Below, one piece after another: positions 40,431-49,084 of a stretch of DNA of 64,000 bases. The DNA is from Candidatus Daviesbacteria bacterium RIFCSPHIGHO2_02_FULL_43_12 (GTDB lineage Bacteria; Patescibacteriota; Microgenomatia; Daviesbacterales; UBA10151), in the NCBI GenBank assembly GCA_001776775.1, contig MFDD01000002.1, forward strand, positions 169,834-233,833. The letters run 5' to 3'. The translations under genes were made by a program, and so were the position numbers. Each line of letters starts with the position of its first letter. Position 1 is the stretch's first letter. The notes under the pieces are model-generated. The model had not been told where the DNA came from. It did not search any database and saw nothing but the letters and a program-made list of their open reading frames with translations.

Positions 40431-40828
40431 TAATCAGCTTTTATTTTTATCAATTCTTCTTCCCAGCGCTTTTTACTCCAAATTTCAAAATGGTCTCCAG
40501 CCCCAATTATCCAGACTTCCCCCCTAAGATCGCACTTATCGACACATTCCTGAGGCAGGATAAATCTCCCCTGTCTGTCCAAAAAACACTCATCAGCCTG
40601 AGAGAAAAAACTCCTGCGGTCTCTCCCACCAGCCTCCAGAGATAATGGTTTTTCGAGAATACTTTCTACCAACTTTGCCCAGTTATCTTTATCTAATCCC
40701 CATACTTCACCATCTCGACCCAATATTATGTAAAATTTGTCCTCATTTCCCAACTCTCTGCGTATCTTCTTTGGTAGCATTAACCTATTTTTACCACTAA
40801 AGTATGTTGTATATTTGCCCAAAAACAT
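40430..40828 (-). CDS. mraZ: Transcriptional regulator MraZ
   Basis: 132 aa, duplicated DXXXR-type MraZ domain, first gene of dcw cluster. Confidence 0.85.
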   Translation of the reverse strand: MFLGKYTTYFSGKNRLMLPKKIRRELGNEDKFYIILGRDGEVWGLDKDNWAKLVESILEKPLSLEAGGRDRRSFFSQADECFLDRQGRFILPQECVDKCDLRGEVWIIGAGDHFEIWSKKRWEEELIKIKAD

Positions 40829-40986
40829 AATGTTTGGGCAGATTCACCATCTTTATTCATTCTGCTCCATTTATACCAAGCTGTCAATAGTTCGACTTCG
40901 CTCACTATAGAAAATTAATTCAGAGTTAAGAGGAATAACCGAAGTGAAAGCACTTATTGGACAAAAGCGTACAGCGAGGGAAGGGA

Positions 40987-41178
40987 TTATTTTCCAAGAA
41001 TTTTATTGACCACAGCAGCAGTAGGCGCCCCTTTTCCAGAGGCCTCTGGGGATTTTTGATCCGAGATAGGGATCGCATTCGCGACTGCGATTCCGGTACC
41101 GACAACGGTAAGGGCCTTAAAGGTTTTTCTGAATAGGTCTCTCTTTGTTTGTAACCCACCTTCTCCTGATTCAGACAT
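40987..41178 (-). CDS. Small hypothetical protein (63 aa)
   Basis: Weak; competes with an overlapping 115-aa ORF in another frame (40926..41273); neither has a recognisable domain. Confidence 0.2.
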   Translation of the reverse strand: MSESGEGGLQTKRDLFRKTFKALTVVGTGIAVANAIPISDQKSPEASGKGAPTAAVVNKILGK

Positions 41179-41232
41179 AGATAAACTATATACAGACTGT
41201 TAGCAGATTGCAAGTATCTTTTTAGAAAAGGT

Positions 41233-42117
41233 CTATTTAGGAGAGTTAGCAAAAACGGTAAAAAGGCCTGCACTGTCAGCCTGAGCGGTCAGATTGCTGC
41301 CGGTAATCTTGGTCTCTAATATCTTCCAATTATTATCCTTTTCGATATATTGTCCAATTTGGGCATCAGTTGGTGGATTCTGCGCTAGTTCTATGGTCAC
41401 GCTCCCCGGTGGAAATTGTTTGGCAGTAGGCACATTAAAGGCATAAACTTTACCCAAGATCTGTTTGCCTTCCGGGATTTTTGGTGTCCCGGACAGATCA
41501 TTTACCAAAGTAAGTCCCACAATATTTAAATCTTGCCTAGAGGCTAGAGTTTTAAAACTAAAATGACTATCAGCAGAAGTTATCAACCCCAAGGCTACGT
41601 CCGGCTTTTGCATATGCCAGGTAGTATTAATCTTATAAACTTTAACTACCTTGTCCCCTGGTTTTGGCTTCTGCTTGATACGAAGAAGCAGAGTTCCATT
41701 CTCTACATTCAAATCAAAAACACAGTGCAATGGGTCTGAGGTGTCTCCCTTAGAACAGGTCCCAAAAAGGATCTCCTGGGTATATTCGCTCTTTTTATTC
41801 TGCATATCCAATGTGCCCGTTACCCCTCTATCGACCATCTCTTTGTCTTCGGTCTGGGATTGGTAGGCCAGTTCATAAGATATACCGTCATAATCGGACA
41901 CTCTTTTTATATTCAAAGATAGGGCATTACCGTCGCGGCGAGGAGATAAAAGGGCGTAGGGACCGTCCGCATTAAAGGGCAAATCAACCTCTTCTTCCGG
42001 GAGGACTACTTTTCTCTGGGAAAAAGCTTTCAGACCTACTCCAGTCAATATCACAAGTATAATAATTCCGGCAACAAGTAGGATTGTAGTCTTTTGGGCA
42101 AGCAAGCGTTTTAGCAT
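41233..42117 (-). CDS. Hypothetical membrane-anchored extracytoplasmic protein
   Basis: 294 aa, N-terminal TM then beta-rich domain. Confidence 0.45.
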   Translation of the reverse strand: MLKRLLAQKTTILLVAGIIILVILTGVGLKAFSQRKVVLPEEEVDLPFNADGPYALLSPRRDGNALSLNIKRVSDYDGISYELAYQSQTEDKEMVDRGVTGTLDMQNKKSEYTQEILFGTCSKGDTSDPLHCVFDLNVENGTLLLRIKQKPKPGDKVVKVYKINTTWHMQKPDVALGLITSADSHFSFKTLASRQDLNIVGLTLVNDLSGTPKIPEGKQILGKVYAFNVPTAKQFPPGSVTIELAQNPPTDAQIGQYIEKDNNWKILETKITGSNLTAQADSAGLFTVFANSPK

Positions 42118-42118
42118 A

Positions 42119-43444
42119 TTAGAATATTTTGGTCAGGAGGTAATTATCCAAATCCGAGATCTTTATTCTCTCTTGAGTGGCACTATCTCGATCCCTGACC
42201 GTGACACTTTCATCTTTCAGTGTATCAAAATCAACGGTAATACAAAAGGGAGTACCTGCCTCGTCTTGTGAGGCGTAGCGTTTTCCAATATTTCCCCGGT
42301 CATCCCAGGCGACCATCATCTTAACTTTAAGGGATTCGTAAATACCTCTCGCCTTCTCTACTAGCTCAGGTTTATTGGCCAGGAGCGGGAATACGGCAGC
42401 CTTAAACGGGGCAATTTTGGGTGAAAGTTTCATCACCACCCGTCCGTCTTCGGTTTCGAAGTAAGCGTCAATCAGTAAAAAGAGCACTGACCTATCCACT
42501 CCTGCCGAAGTTTCAATATCCCAGGGAATATAACTTTCACTCGTAAACGGATCCCTAAAACTCATATCTTGACCAGAGTATTTTTGATGACGAGACAAAT
42601 CCCAATCCCCACGATGGTGAATACCCATAAATTCAGACCAACCAAAAGGAGCATTATATTCTATATCTGTCGCGGCTTTAGCATAATGTGCTCTTTCGTC
42701 AGGTGCATGATCCCGAAAACGTAAATTATCCTTATTTATTCCCAGAGATAAATAGAAATCCATCCTATTTTGCTTCCAATATTCAAACCATTTCTCCCCC
42801 TCTTTCTCCTCGGGCTTGATATAAAACTGGACTTCCATCTGTTCAAACTCACGAGACCTGAAGGTAAAATTTCCTGGAGTAATCTCATTGCGAAAAGCTT
42901 TTCCGACCTGGGCTATTCCAAAAGGGATCCTGACCCTAGTTGAATCGATCACATTTCGAAAATTTACATGAACCCCGTTGGTGATCTCTCCCCGCAAAAA
43001 TATTTCCGATTGCTTACCTTCGATTACCCCCAAATAGGCTTTAACCAATAGATTAAACTGCTGAGGCTCGGTCCACTCTACCTTTTTTCCATTGTGCGAT
43101 AATTCATGGTCTTTGATCTCGTCTTGTTTGTCTGCTCGAAGCCTGGAGTGGCATATTTTGCACTCTACTAACGGATCTGTAAAAGCCTCGACATGTCCCG
43201 AGGCTTCCCACGCTTTAGGGTTCATCATGATGGCTGCATCAACCCCAACGATATCCGAGCGTAGCTGGACCATCTCTTTCCACCATATATCTTTTAAGTT
43301 TTTTTTAAGCAAAACCCCCAGTGGACCATAATCCCAGGTTCCTCCCAATCCTCCATAAATTTCCGATCCAGGAAAAATAAACCCCCGTCTTTTACAAAGG
43401 GCTACTATTTTCTCCATTAAATTTTGCTGAGTGTTTGTATTCAT
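42119..43444 (-). CDS. glyQS: Glycyl-tRNA synthetase, homodimeric alpha2 type
   Basis: 441 aa; LCKRRGFIFPGSEIYGGLGGTWDYGPLG N-terminus typical of alpha2 GlyRS; ATG start, no SD. Confidence 0.9.
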   Translation of the reverse strand: MNTNTQQNLMEKIVALCKRRGFIFPGSEIYGGLGGTWDYGPLGVLLKKNLKDIWWKEMVQLRSDIVGVDAAIMMNPKAWEASGHVEAFTDPLVECKICHSRLRADKQDEIKDHELSHNGKKVEWTEPQQFNLLVKAYLGVIEGKQSEIFLRGEITNGVHVNFRNVIDSTRVRIPFGIAQVGKAFRNEITPGNFTFRSREFEQMEVQFYIKPEEKEGEKWFEYWKQNRMDFYLSLGINKDNLRFRDHAPDERAHYAKAATDIEYNAPFGWSEFMGIHHRGDWDLSRHQKYSGQDMSFRDPFTSESYIPWDIETSAGVDRSVLFLLIDAYFETEDGRVVMKLSPKIAPFKAAVFPLLANKPELVEKARGIYESLKVKMMVAWDDRGNIGKRYASQDEAGTPFCITVDFDTLKDESVTVRDRDSATQERIKISDLDNYLLTKIF

Positions 43445-43510
43445 TTTTTTCTTATACTACATACTATATACCAAATACCTTCACAGCACACCTCCTAGAA
43501 AGGCGCTGCT

Positions 43511-43729
43511 TTACTTACTCTGCTCTTTTTGCGCCTTTCTTAAGTTCGCAATATGTTCCCGAAAGCAGGTAGCCCACTGTATCTTTGGTTCAACACAATG
43601 TATACGTTCTCCGCGCTTTACTTGCGCCGCCTCATATGCTGCTGCCCTTAATAAACTAAATCCCAAAAACTGACAGCTAGCCGTAAAGGCAATAAAAGTT
43701 ACCCTATCTCTCATCTTCCCTCGCTCCAT
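43511..43729 (-). CDS. Small basic ORF (72 aa) inside the glyQS leader
   Basis: AGGAGG 8 nt upstream of ATG 43729 (MERGKMRDRVTF…); ORF-track version starts at GTG 43738. Confidence 0.45.
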   Translation of the reverse strand: MERGKMRDRVTFIAFTASCQFLGFSLLRAAAYEAAQVKRGERIHCVEPKIQWATCFREHIANLRKAQKEQSK

Positions 43730-43779
43730 CCTAAACACCTCCTTTCTGCATTAAAAAATGCATACGGGACGAAGGTATC

Positions 43780-43900
43780 TAGGATACTCCGCGGTTCCAC
43801 GCCGTTTCCCCTCAACAACCATTAGGGCACTTTTGCGGCTTTGAAACTCCAGCTTGCCAAAGACTTTCAGCGTTTCATTAAGCCAGGAGGTTTTGTGAAT
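43780..43900 (-). promoter_or_regulatory. Second T-box-like element (GGCGUGGAACCGCGG) directly upstream of the small ORF
   Basis: T-box core on minus strand at 43789-43805; shares a 22-nt block GAAAGUCUUUGGCAAGCUGGAG with leader 1. Confidence 0.55.
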
Positions 43901-43908
43901 TTTTCCAT

Positions 43909-43940
43909 AAAAAAACTCGTCTCCTATAATGAGGGACGAG
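43909..43940 (-). terminator. Intrinsic terminator of T-box 1 (CUCGUCCCU-cauuau-AGGAGACGAG + U7)
   Basis: Stem-loop followed by UUUUUUU; the 5' half (CCCU…) can alternatively pair with AGGG of the T-box as antiterminator. Confidence 0.65.
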
Positions 43941-44058
43941 TTACACCCGCGGTTCCACCCTTATTGTTTAACTGAGCAAAGCTTTAAGTTAAACCTCCTT
44001 AATTTATTTCCCAGCTCCAGCTTGCCAAAGACTTTCATAGCCAGAAATATTTAGTTGT
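43941..44058 (-). promoter_or_regulatory. Glycine T-box riboswitch leader 1 (AAUAAGGGUGGAACCGCGGG core at 43946-43963)
   Basis: Exact match to the AGGGUGGNACCGCG T-box consensus on the glyQS strand, N=A complementary to discriminator U of tRNA-Gly; GGCA (Gly codon + A) in the upstream stem region. Confidence 0.75.
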
Positions 44059-44064
44059 AGACAA

Positions 44065-44093
44065 ATTATAGACAGATGAGTAATGCATGTCAA
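44065..44093 (-). promoter_or_regulatory. Sigma70 consensus promoter for the T-box/glyQS leader (TTGACA-17-TATAAT)
   Basis: Minus strand reads TTGACAtgcattactcatctgtcTATAAT, perfect hexamers with 17-nt spacer. Confidence 0.7.
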
Positions 44094-44113
44094 ATACTAT
44101 GAAAAAATAATTC

Positions 44114-44740
44114 TTAACGATGCGACAGAGCTACCTTAATACCAAGTCCAATTAACACAACTCCAATAAATTTTTCCGAGAAATGCTGAATTTTATTCAC
44201 TCGGCTTTTAATAAAATGATGAGATACCAGAAACGCGACCATCATAAACCAGAGGCTCGTTACAACGGTCATTTCAATACCCATAATTAATTTTACAAAA
44301 AGAGGGGTAGATGGATCGATAACTAGGGTAAAGAGACTTAAGAAAAAAAGAGTCGCCTTGGGATTTGTGACATTAGTCAAAAAGCCCATGCGTATCGCTG
44401 AAGTTTTAGAAATTTCTCTTCTATGCTCTGCACCTGCGAGCTCAAGTTTAGATGATTGCGAGAGTAGCGACATTACCCCGATATAAATTAGATACCCAGC
44501 TCCTAGAAATTTTATTAAATTAAAAAGTAAGATTGATTTAGCTATTACAAAACCGATACCAACAAAAGAGTAGGTAATATGAACCAATATTCCCAAACCC
44601 AGACCCAAAGCTGAATACATACCCGTCCTTCTGGAATACATCAGACTATTTCGAGTGATTAAAATAAAATCTGGCCCCGGGCTAATTACTGCTAATAAAT
44701 GAACTAGGGCAACAGTCAGAATAATTGGAACATACTGCAT
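44114..44740 (-). CDS. LysE/RhtB-family amino-acid exporter
   Basis: 208 aa, 6 TM, LysE-type N-terminus. Confidence 0.7.
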   Translation of the reverse strand: MQYVPIILTVALVHLLAVISPGPDFILITRNSLMYSRRTGMYSALGLGLGILVHITYSFVGIGFVIAKSILLFNLIKFLGAGYLIYIGVMSLLSQSSKLELAGAEHRREISKTSAIRMGFLTNVTNPKATLFFLSLFTLVIDPSTPLFVKLIMGIEMTVVTSLWFMMVAFLVSHHFIKSRVNKIQHFSEKFIGVVLIGLGIKVALSHR

Positions 44741-44771
44741 ATGGTTATCTTATCACATCTTAAAATTGATG

Positions 44772-45410
44772 TTATTTTCGCAGTTGTCTCATTACTTGAA
44801 TACTTTTTAAATTTGCTTCCAAGACTCTTTCGATATATTGTCTCAGAATATTCTCCAGAAACAAGGCCTCTTCTTCACTCAATGAAATTTCGTTAATTTG
44901 ATTCCAAGATAAGTGTTCTAATTGTTCTAGTAATTTGATCATTTCTTTCGGAAGATGTGGCAGGGCATTTATTGACCAAAACCCACTAACACTTAGTAAT
45001 TTCACTTCAAAAGCCCGCAAAAAAATCTGTCGGGGGTTTTTTTCTAATAGCTCCAGGATAGCTACAACCAAGGAATAAACCAGGGGGTTAAACTGATCTT
45101 CTGCTACCATTCTATCGACCAGTTCAAGGACGTGGAAAGCAGTCGTTGCCAGAGTCAAATTTTCTTTAATCTGCGGATAAACCTGGATCGCTTCGGCCTC
45201 TTGAAGATTGAAACTTTTAGCTTTAAAAAGATGTAGTTTGACCCGATTTAATACCTCAATATTTCCGGCTCTTCTGGAGGTTATTCGCCTGACCCCTTTG
45301 GCGACCACCGAGATCTTGCCGTACTGTTTGGTGATTATAGTAACCACCCTATCTGCCTCGCCAAAATTCTTTCTTTTTAAAATAACCCCTTCGGTGGTAA
45401 TCGATCCCAT
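44772..45410 (-). CDS. recO: DNA repair protein RecO
   Basis: 212 aa; N-terminal OB-fold pattern EGVILKRKNFGEADRVVTIITKQYGKISVVAKGVRR. Confidence 0.75.
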   Translation of the reverse strand: MGSITTEGVILKRKNFGEADRVVTIITKQYGKISVVAKGVRRITSRRAGNIEVLNRVKLHLFKAKSFNLQEAEAIQVYPQIKENLTLATTAFHVLELVDRMVAEDQFNPLVYSLVVAILELLEKNPRQIFLRAFEVKLLSVSGFWSINALPHLPKEMIKLLEQLEHLSWNQINEISLSEEEALFLENILRQYIERVLEANLKSIQVMRQLRK

Positions 45411-45411
45411 G

Positions 45412-47361
45412 TTACAAAGGAAGCTTCAGATCCATATCGGAAGAAAGTTCAAAGTTTGCTTTTTCTTTACCATTAATCTTCACTACATACTTATAATCAT
45501 GGGTTCCTGGCTGTTTCTGGATCAAAAGGGGATAATCCCTACCCAAAGCTCCCTTAGGGGTTGTGTATTCAAAAGTCAAAGTTAACGAATTCTGAGGACG
45601 GATCTGAATAAAAGCCTCAAAGACAGTTTTACCTAAGTCGTCTTCAATGGTTGTTACTTTCTCTTCCGACCCCTTTGACAGAGACAACCTGGCCCCTTTT
45701 GGTACATAAACCCGAACATAATCTCTATTAATACCATTTAACCAAGTTTTATACGGCTCCGGATTTTTGTAGTTTAAAGTCAACTTATGTTTGATATCCG
45801 CCCCATTAGTGTCAATCTCCAGCAGACCATCGACTGTTACATAGATATTTGATTTTCCACCGGCAAAGTTAGAGTCATTGACATGTAGATAGTCGCGGTC
45901 TGTTTGTTTTATCTCCCCAGTCCAATTCAATGCCGAGAGTGCTTGTTGGGTAGGAGAGTCGTGCATATAAAACATGATATGTTTAGCATTGGCCAGCTTT
46001 ACTCCGGCATTAATAAATTCCGGGAGTTTGTCTGTACTAGCTCCCAATGATCGCGCCAAGATCTGCTGCATCAATGTGCCAAGTATGGCTTTGCGATCCG
46101 CCTCACCCTTCTCAATAATCTGGGCATAATTTTCTAACTCATATATGACGTTTGGACAGTTACATCTTTTATCAGTCTCAGCGCTATAAGTAGTGCCAAA
46201 CACATCAATTGGTCCGGTAATCCTAATCAGCTCTTCTACAACTTGTGTATCAATTGTAATAATGCCATCAAACGGATCCTCCTTTAAAAAGCTATACATC
46301 TTTTCAAATGTTTTTAGAGAAGTCTGCAGGTCAGGAGAGAGATTAGAGTCTCTCATGGACCAGGCAGTTCGAGCTTTCCCATTTTCCTCAGGTAAATATT
46401 TGACGATTGGTGCAGGAGGTGTCAGGGGGCAAATCACGTTTAAACATACTTTAAGCAATCTTTCGTCAAGTCGATAAATATCATCTGATTTACTCGAGGA
46501 GATTCGACCTTTATCAAGACTCATAAAAGCATATGCGGTCATAAATCCTCCTGTGGCGCGTAACTCTTTATCATTTTGAAAGATAATTAAATAATTCTTT
46601 GGACTTGGTTCTCCAAGGGCGGACGGGGCAATTTTAAGAGCTGGCCTAGCCTTCGTCACCACATAGTTTGCCCCAATAATCAGATTTTTAATAATCTCCA
46701 CCCGAGATCTGACAGCTGTGTGTCCTAAACTTGCAGGGTATTTAGCAACATCTATATGTTCAACCTCAACGGATGCTTTGGCTAACTGAGGCTCGATTGA
46801 ATCTAAGTTAGGAATAGCTTTATCTAATATTTTAATAGCTTGGGTAATGCGGTCTTGTCCGGGGGTCGGATGTCCAGTTAAACCCAATTCTGTTTTATAT
46901 GGATCTAACCAGTCAGTAATAGTCAGAGCGGCTTGAATTTCATTACCGGCTGCCGAGGCGAAATGGTTTGCATCGGCATAATAATCACCAACAAAAGGGA
47001 GGACTCTAACCCAAAACAAAAAAGACAAAGAGGTCTTTAGTTGACCTATATTAGAATGAATCACTTTTAAATCACTGCGAATGCCGTCTAAGTCCTCATT
47101 TTTCACTGCTACAGACAAAGCTTTGCCGTTAACCATCAGCTTACGCACTGCACTATAAACCCCGCGGATCGGCAGATAGATGGTCAGGGTTGCGACAATC
47201 AAAACTATTAATACTCGAAAGAAAAGTTTACGTTTACTTTTCTTTTTCTCCTGGCGCTCCCTTTTATCGAGTCGCTGTAGTTTAGAGTTTAAATTTTGGA
47301 ATTTCACTAGACAGCTCCTCTCGTGGTTAAAACCGCGGGAATAGTCTTGATGATTATCCAC
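45412..47361 (-). CDS. Large membrane-anchored extracytoplasmic protein of unknown function (possibly DUF4012-like)
   Basis: 649 aa, basic N-terminus, single TM, GTG start in ORF track; sits immediately downstream of the initiating sugar transferase. Confidence 0.45.
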   Translation of the reverse strand: MDNHQDYSRGFNHERSCLVKFQNLNSKLQRLDKRERQEKKKSKRKLFFRVLIVLIVATLTIYLPIRGVYSAVRKLMVNGKALSVAVKNEDLDGIRSDLKVIHSNIGQLKTSLSFLFWVRVLPFVGDYYADANHFASAAGNEIQAALTITDWLDPYKTELGLTGHPTPGQDRITQAIKILDKAIPNLDSIEPQLAKASVEVEHIDVAKYPASLGHTAVRSRVEIIKNLIIGANYVVTKARPALKIAPSALGEPSPKNYLIIFQNDKELRATGGFMTAYAFMSLDKGRISSSKSDDIYRLDERLLKVCLNVICPLTPPAPIVKYLPEENGKARTAWSMRDSNLSPDLQTSLKTFEKMYSFLKEDPFDGIITIDTQVVEELIRITGPIDVFGTTYSAETDKRCNCPNVIYELENYAQIIEKGEADRKAILGTLMQQILARSLGASTDKLPEFINAGVKLANAKHIMFYMHDSPTQQALSALNWTGEIKQTDRDYLHVNDSNFAGGKSNIYVTVDGLLEIDTNGADIKHKLTLNYKNPEPYKTWLNGINRDYVRVYVPKGARLSLSKGSEEKVTTIEDDLGKTVFEAFIQIRPQNSLTLTFEYTTPKGALGRDYPLLIQKQPGTHDYKYVVKINGKEKANFELSSDMDLKLPL

Positions 47362-47963
47362 AGGTCATAAAGGATCGATCTTCTCTGCGCATATTGAGCG
47401 TCCATTTCGACGCGTTTATCAAAATTGATATTAGACCTGCCAGAGACCTGCCAAAGACCGGTAATCCCTGGTTTAGACGATAAAATAATCTTGACATATT
47501 CTCTTGACTCAGGGAATTTCTTTTGCTGCTCTTCTAGTTCAAAATCATAATACGCCCGATGTCCAACAAAACTCATGTCTCCTTTGATTACATTAATAAA
47601 CTGCGGCAGTTCATCTAAGGAGGTCTTCCTTAGAAACCTGCCGATATGTGTCACCCTTGGATCCTCATTTATTTTATAACTATTTCTCTGATATTCTTCG
47701 AGTAATGTTTTAAATTTGGGATCATTATGTAAAAGATCATGGGCACCTGCTACCATTGACCTAAATTTGTACATTTTAAAAAGTTTCCCGTTTTTACCTA
47801 CCCTTGGTGGAATATCCGCAATGACTGGACCTTTAGAGTCTAATTTAATCAAAAAAGCAATTACTACAAAGACCGGGGAAAGCAATATCAAAGCTGATAG
47901 GGCAATGGCGATATCCAAAAGTCTTTTTAAAAACGAGTAAACCATATTCGTGAGTGCTCTCAT
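47307..47963 (-). CDS. Small (PglC-type) bacterial sugar transferase / polyprenyl-phosphate hexose-1-phosphate transferase
   Basis: 218 aa; KRLLDI…SPVFVVIAFLIKLDS…KFRSM…DELPQFINVIKGDMSFVGHRA. Confidence 0.8.
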   Translation of the reverse strand: MRALTNMVYSFLKRLLDIAIALSALILLSPVFVVIAFLIKLDSKGPVIADIPPRVGKNGKLFKMYKFRSMVAGAHDLLHNDPKFKTLLEEYQRNSYKINEDPRVTHIGRFLRKTSLDELPQFINVIKGDMSFVGHRAYYDFELEEQQKKFPESREYVKIILSSKPGITGLWQVSGRSNINFDKRVEMDAQYAQRRSILYDLWIIIKTIPAVLTTRGAV

Positions 47964-47980
47964 TATAACTACAAAGTTGG

Positions 47981-49084
47981 TTAAATGTCGACCGGCTGAT
48001 CCTGCAACGAGTCAACTGCCGAAGAAAATTTCATTTTAAATCGTGTCTTCGAAAATTTGGCTGCATTTTTTTTGATTTCCGGGCTACTAAACTTGGAGCT
48101 ACAAAATAACACCAAAGCTTCCAGAAGGCTTTGTTCATTTGCTTGATCAAAAAATAGGCCTGTTTTTTTATTGATCACTGTCTCTAGTACCCCTCCTTTA
48201 CCAAAAGCAATTACCGGCTTACCCGTAGCTTGTGCTTCCAGCGCAGTTAGTCCAAAATCTTCCTCCCCGGGTAAAATAAGTGCACTGCAACCGGATAAAA
48301 TATCCATCCTTACCTCCTCGGTAACGGCACCCAGAAAATCTATCTCACTGCTGGCCATTTGATAGAGATCATTTAGCTTAGGACCAGTACCAATAATCCT
48401 CATTCGCCACTTTTTTTCCTTTCGAATCTTCACAAATTTATTAAAAGCTTTGATTGCCAAATCAACTCTTTTGTACTCATTGAGTCTGGCGATTACTAAA
48501 AAATAGTTACCGTCCCAAGCTTGCCATTTAGAATAATCCGAAACCTCCACAAAACCCGGTACAACCACAGCTGGCTGGTGATAGATCTTCTGGATACGGC
48601 TGCTTGCTACCTTTGACCCGGCTATCCAGTGATCAACCCGAACAGAGCTGACCCTATCGATAACTCTTAAACTGCTCAGTATCGGACGGGCCAGAATGGG
48701 TACGTTGTCAGACTGAAAGTTCCATAAAAATCGTGGCGGAGTGTAGCAGTAGCAGAGATGTCTTTGTTCTGGCTTGGTAATCACCGACTTGGCAAAACGG
48801 GTAGTAATAGAGATCACCAAATCATACCCAGACAAATCGAACTGTTCAAAAACAAACGGATAAAGGGCAAATAAGGGTTTGTATAAAATTTTCCATCCGG
48901 GAATTTTCTGCAAAAAAGAAGTCTTTATCTTTTTTACTCCAAACTGCTCTTTTATTAGAGGGTTTTCCCAATCGATTACTGAGGTATATATTACTGCCTC
49001 CGGATAAATTTCCGAGATTCCCAGTAACATTCTCTCCAATCCGCCCCACTGGACTAAATCATCATGAACAAGCGCTACCTTCAT
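47981..49084 (-). CDS. Family 4 glycosyltransferase
   Basis: EDFGLTALEAQATGKPVIAF; start moved to ATG 49084 (MKVALVHDD) giving 4-nt overlap with upstream gene. Confidence 0.8.
   Translation of the reverse strand: MKVALVHDDLVQWGGLERMLLGISEIYPEAVIYTSVIDWENPLIKEQFGVKKIKTSFLQKIPGWKILYKPLFALYPFVFEQFDLSGYDLVISITTRFAKSVITKPEQRHLCYCYTPPRFLWNFQSDNVPILARPILSSLRVIDRVSSVRVDHWIAGSKVASSRIQKIYHQPAVVVPGFVEVSDYSKWQAWDGNYFLVIARLNEYKRVDLAIKAFNKFVKIRKEKKWRMRIIGTGPKLNDLYQMASSEIDFLGAVTEEVRMDILSGCSALILPGEEDFGLTALEAQATGKPVIAFGKGGVLETVINKKTGLFFDQANEQSLLEALVLFCSSKFSSPEIKKNAAKFSKTRFKMKFSSAVDSLQDQPVDI

Noticed and set aside
40829-40925. Candidate promoter and MraZ-box repeats upstream of mraZ
   Set aside because: A TTGACA hexamer and a TATAAA are present, but their spacing does not give a clean -35/-10 pair. 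The TGAAT direct repeats are too short and irregular to call MraZ operator sites with confidence.
40926-41273. 115-aa minus-strand ORF overlapping both 40987..41178 and the start of 41233..42117
   Set aside because: Low-complexity L/R/S-rich translation with a long overlap into the neighbouring gene. Probably a frame artefact, and even the shorter 63-aa alternative is weak.
43431-43673. Plus-strand 80-aa ORF across the glyQS start and leader
   Set aside because: Antisense to the T-box leader and small ORF. No SD, and its frame is interrupted by the leader's RNA-element logic.
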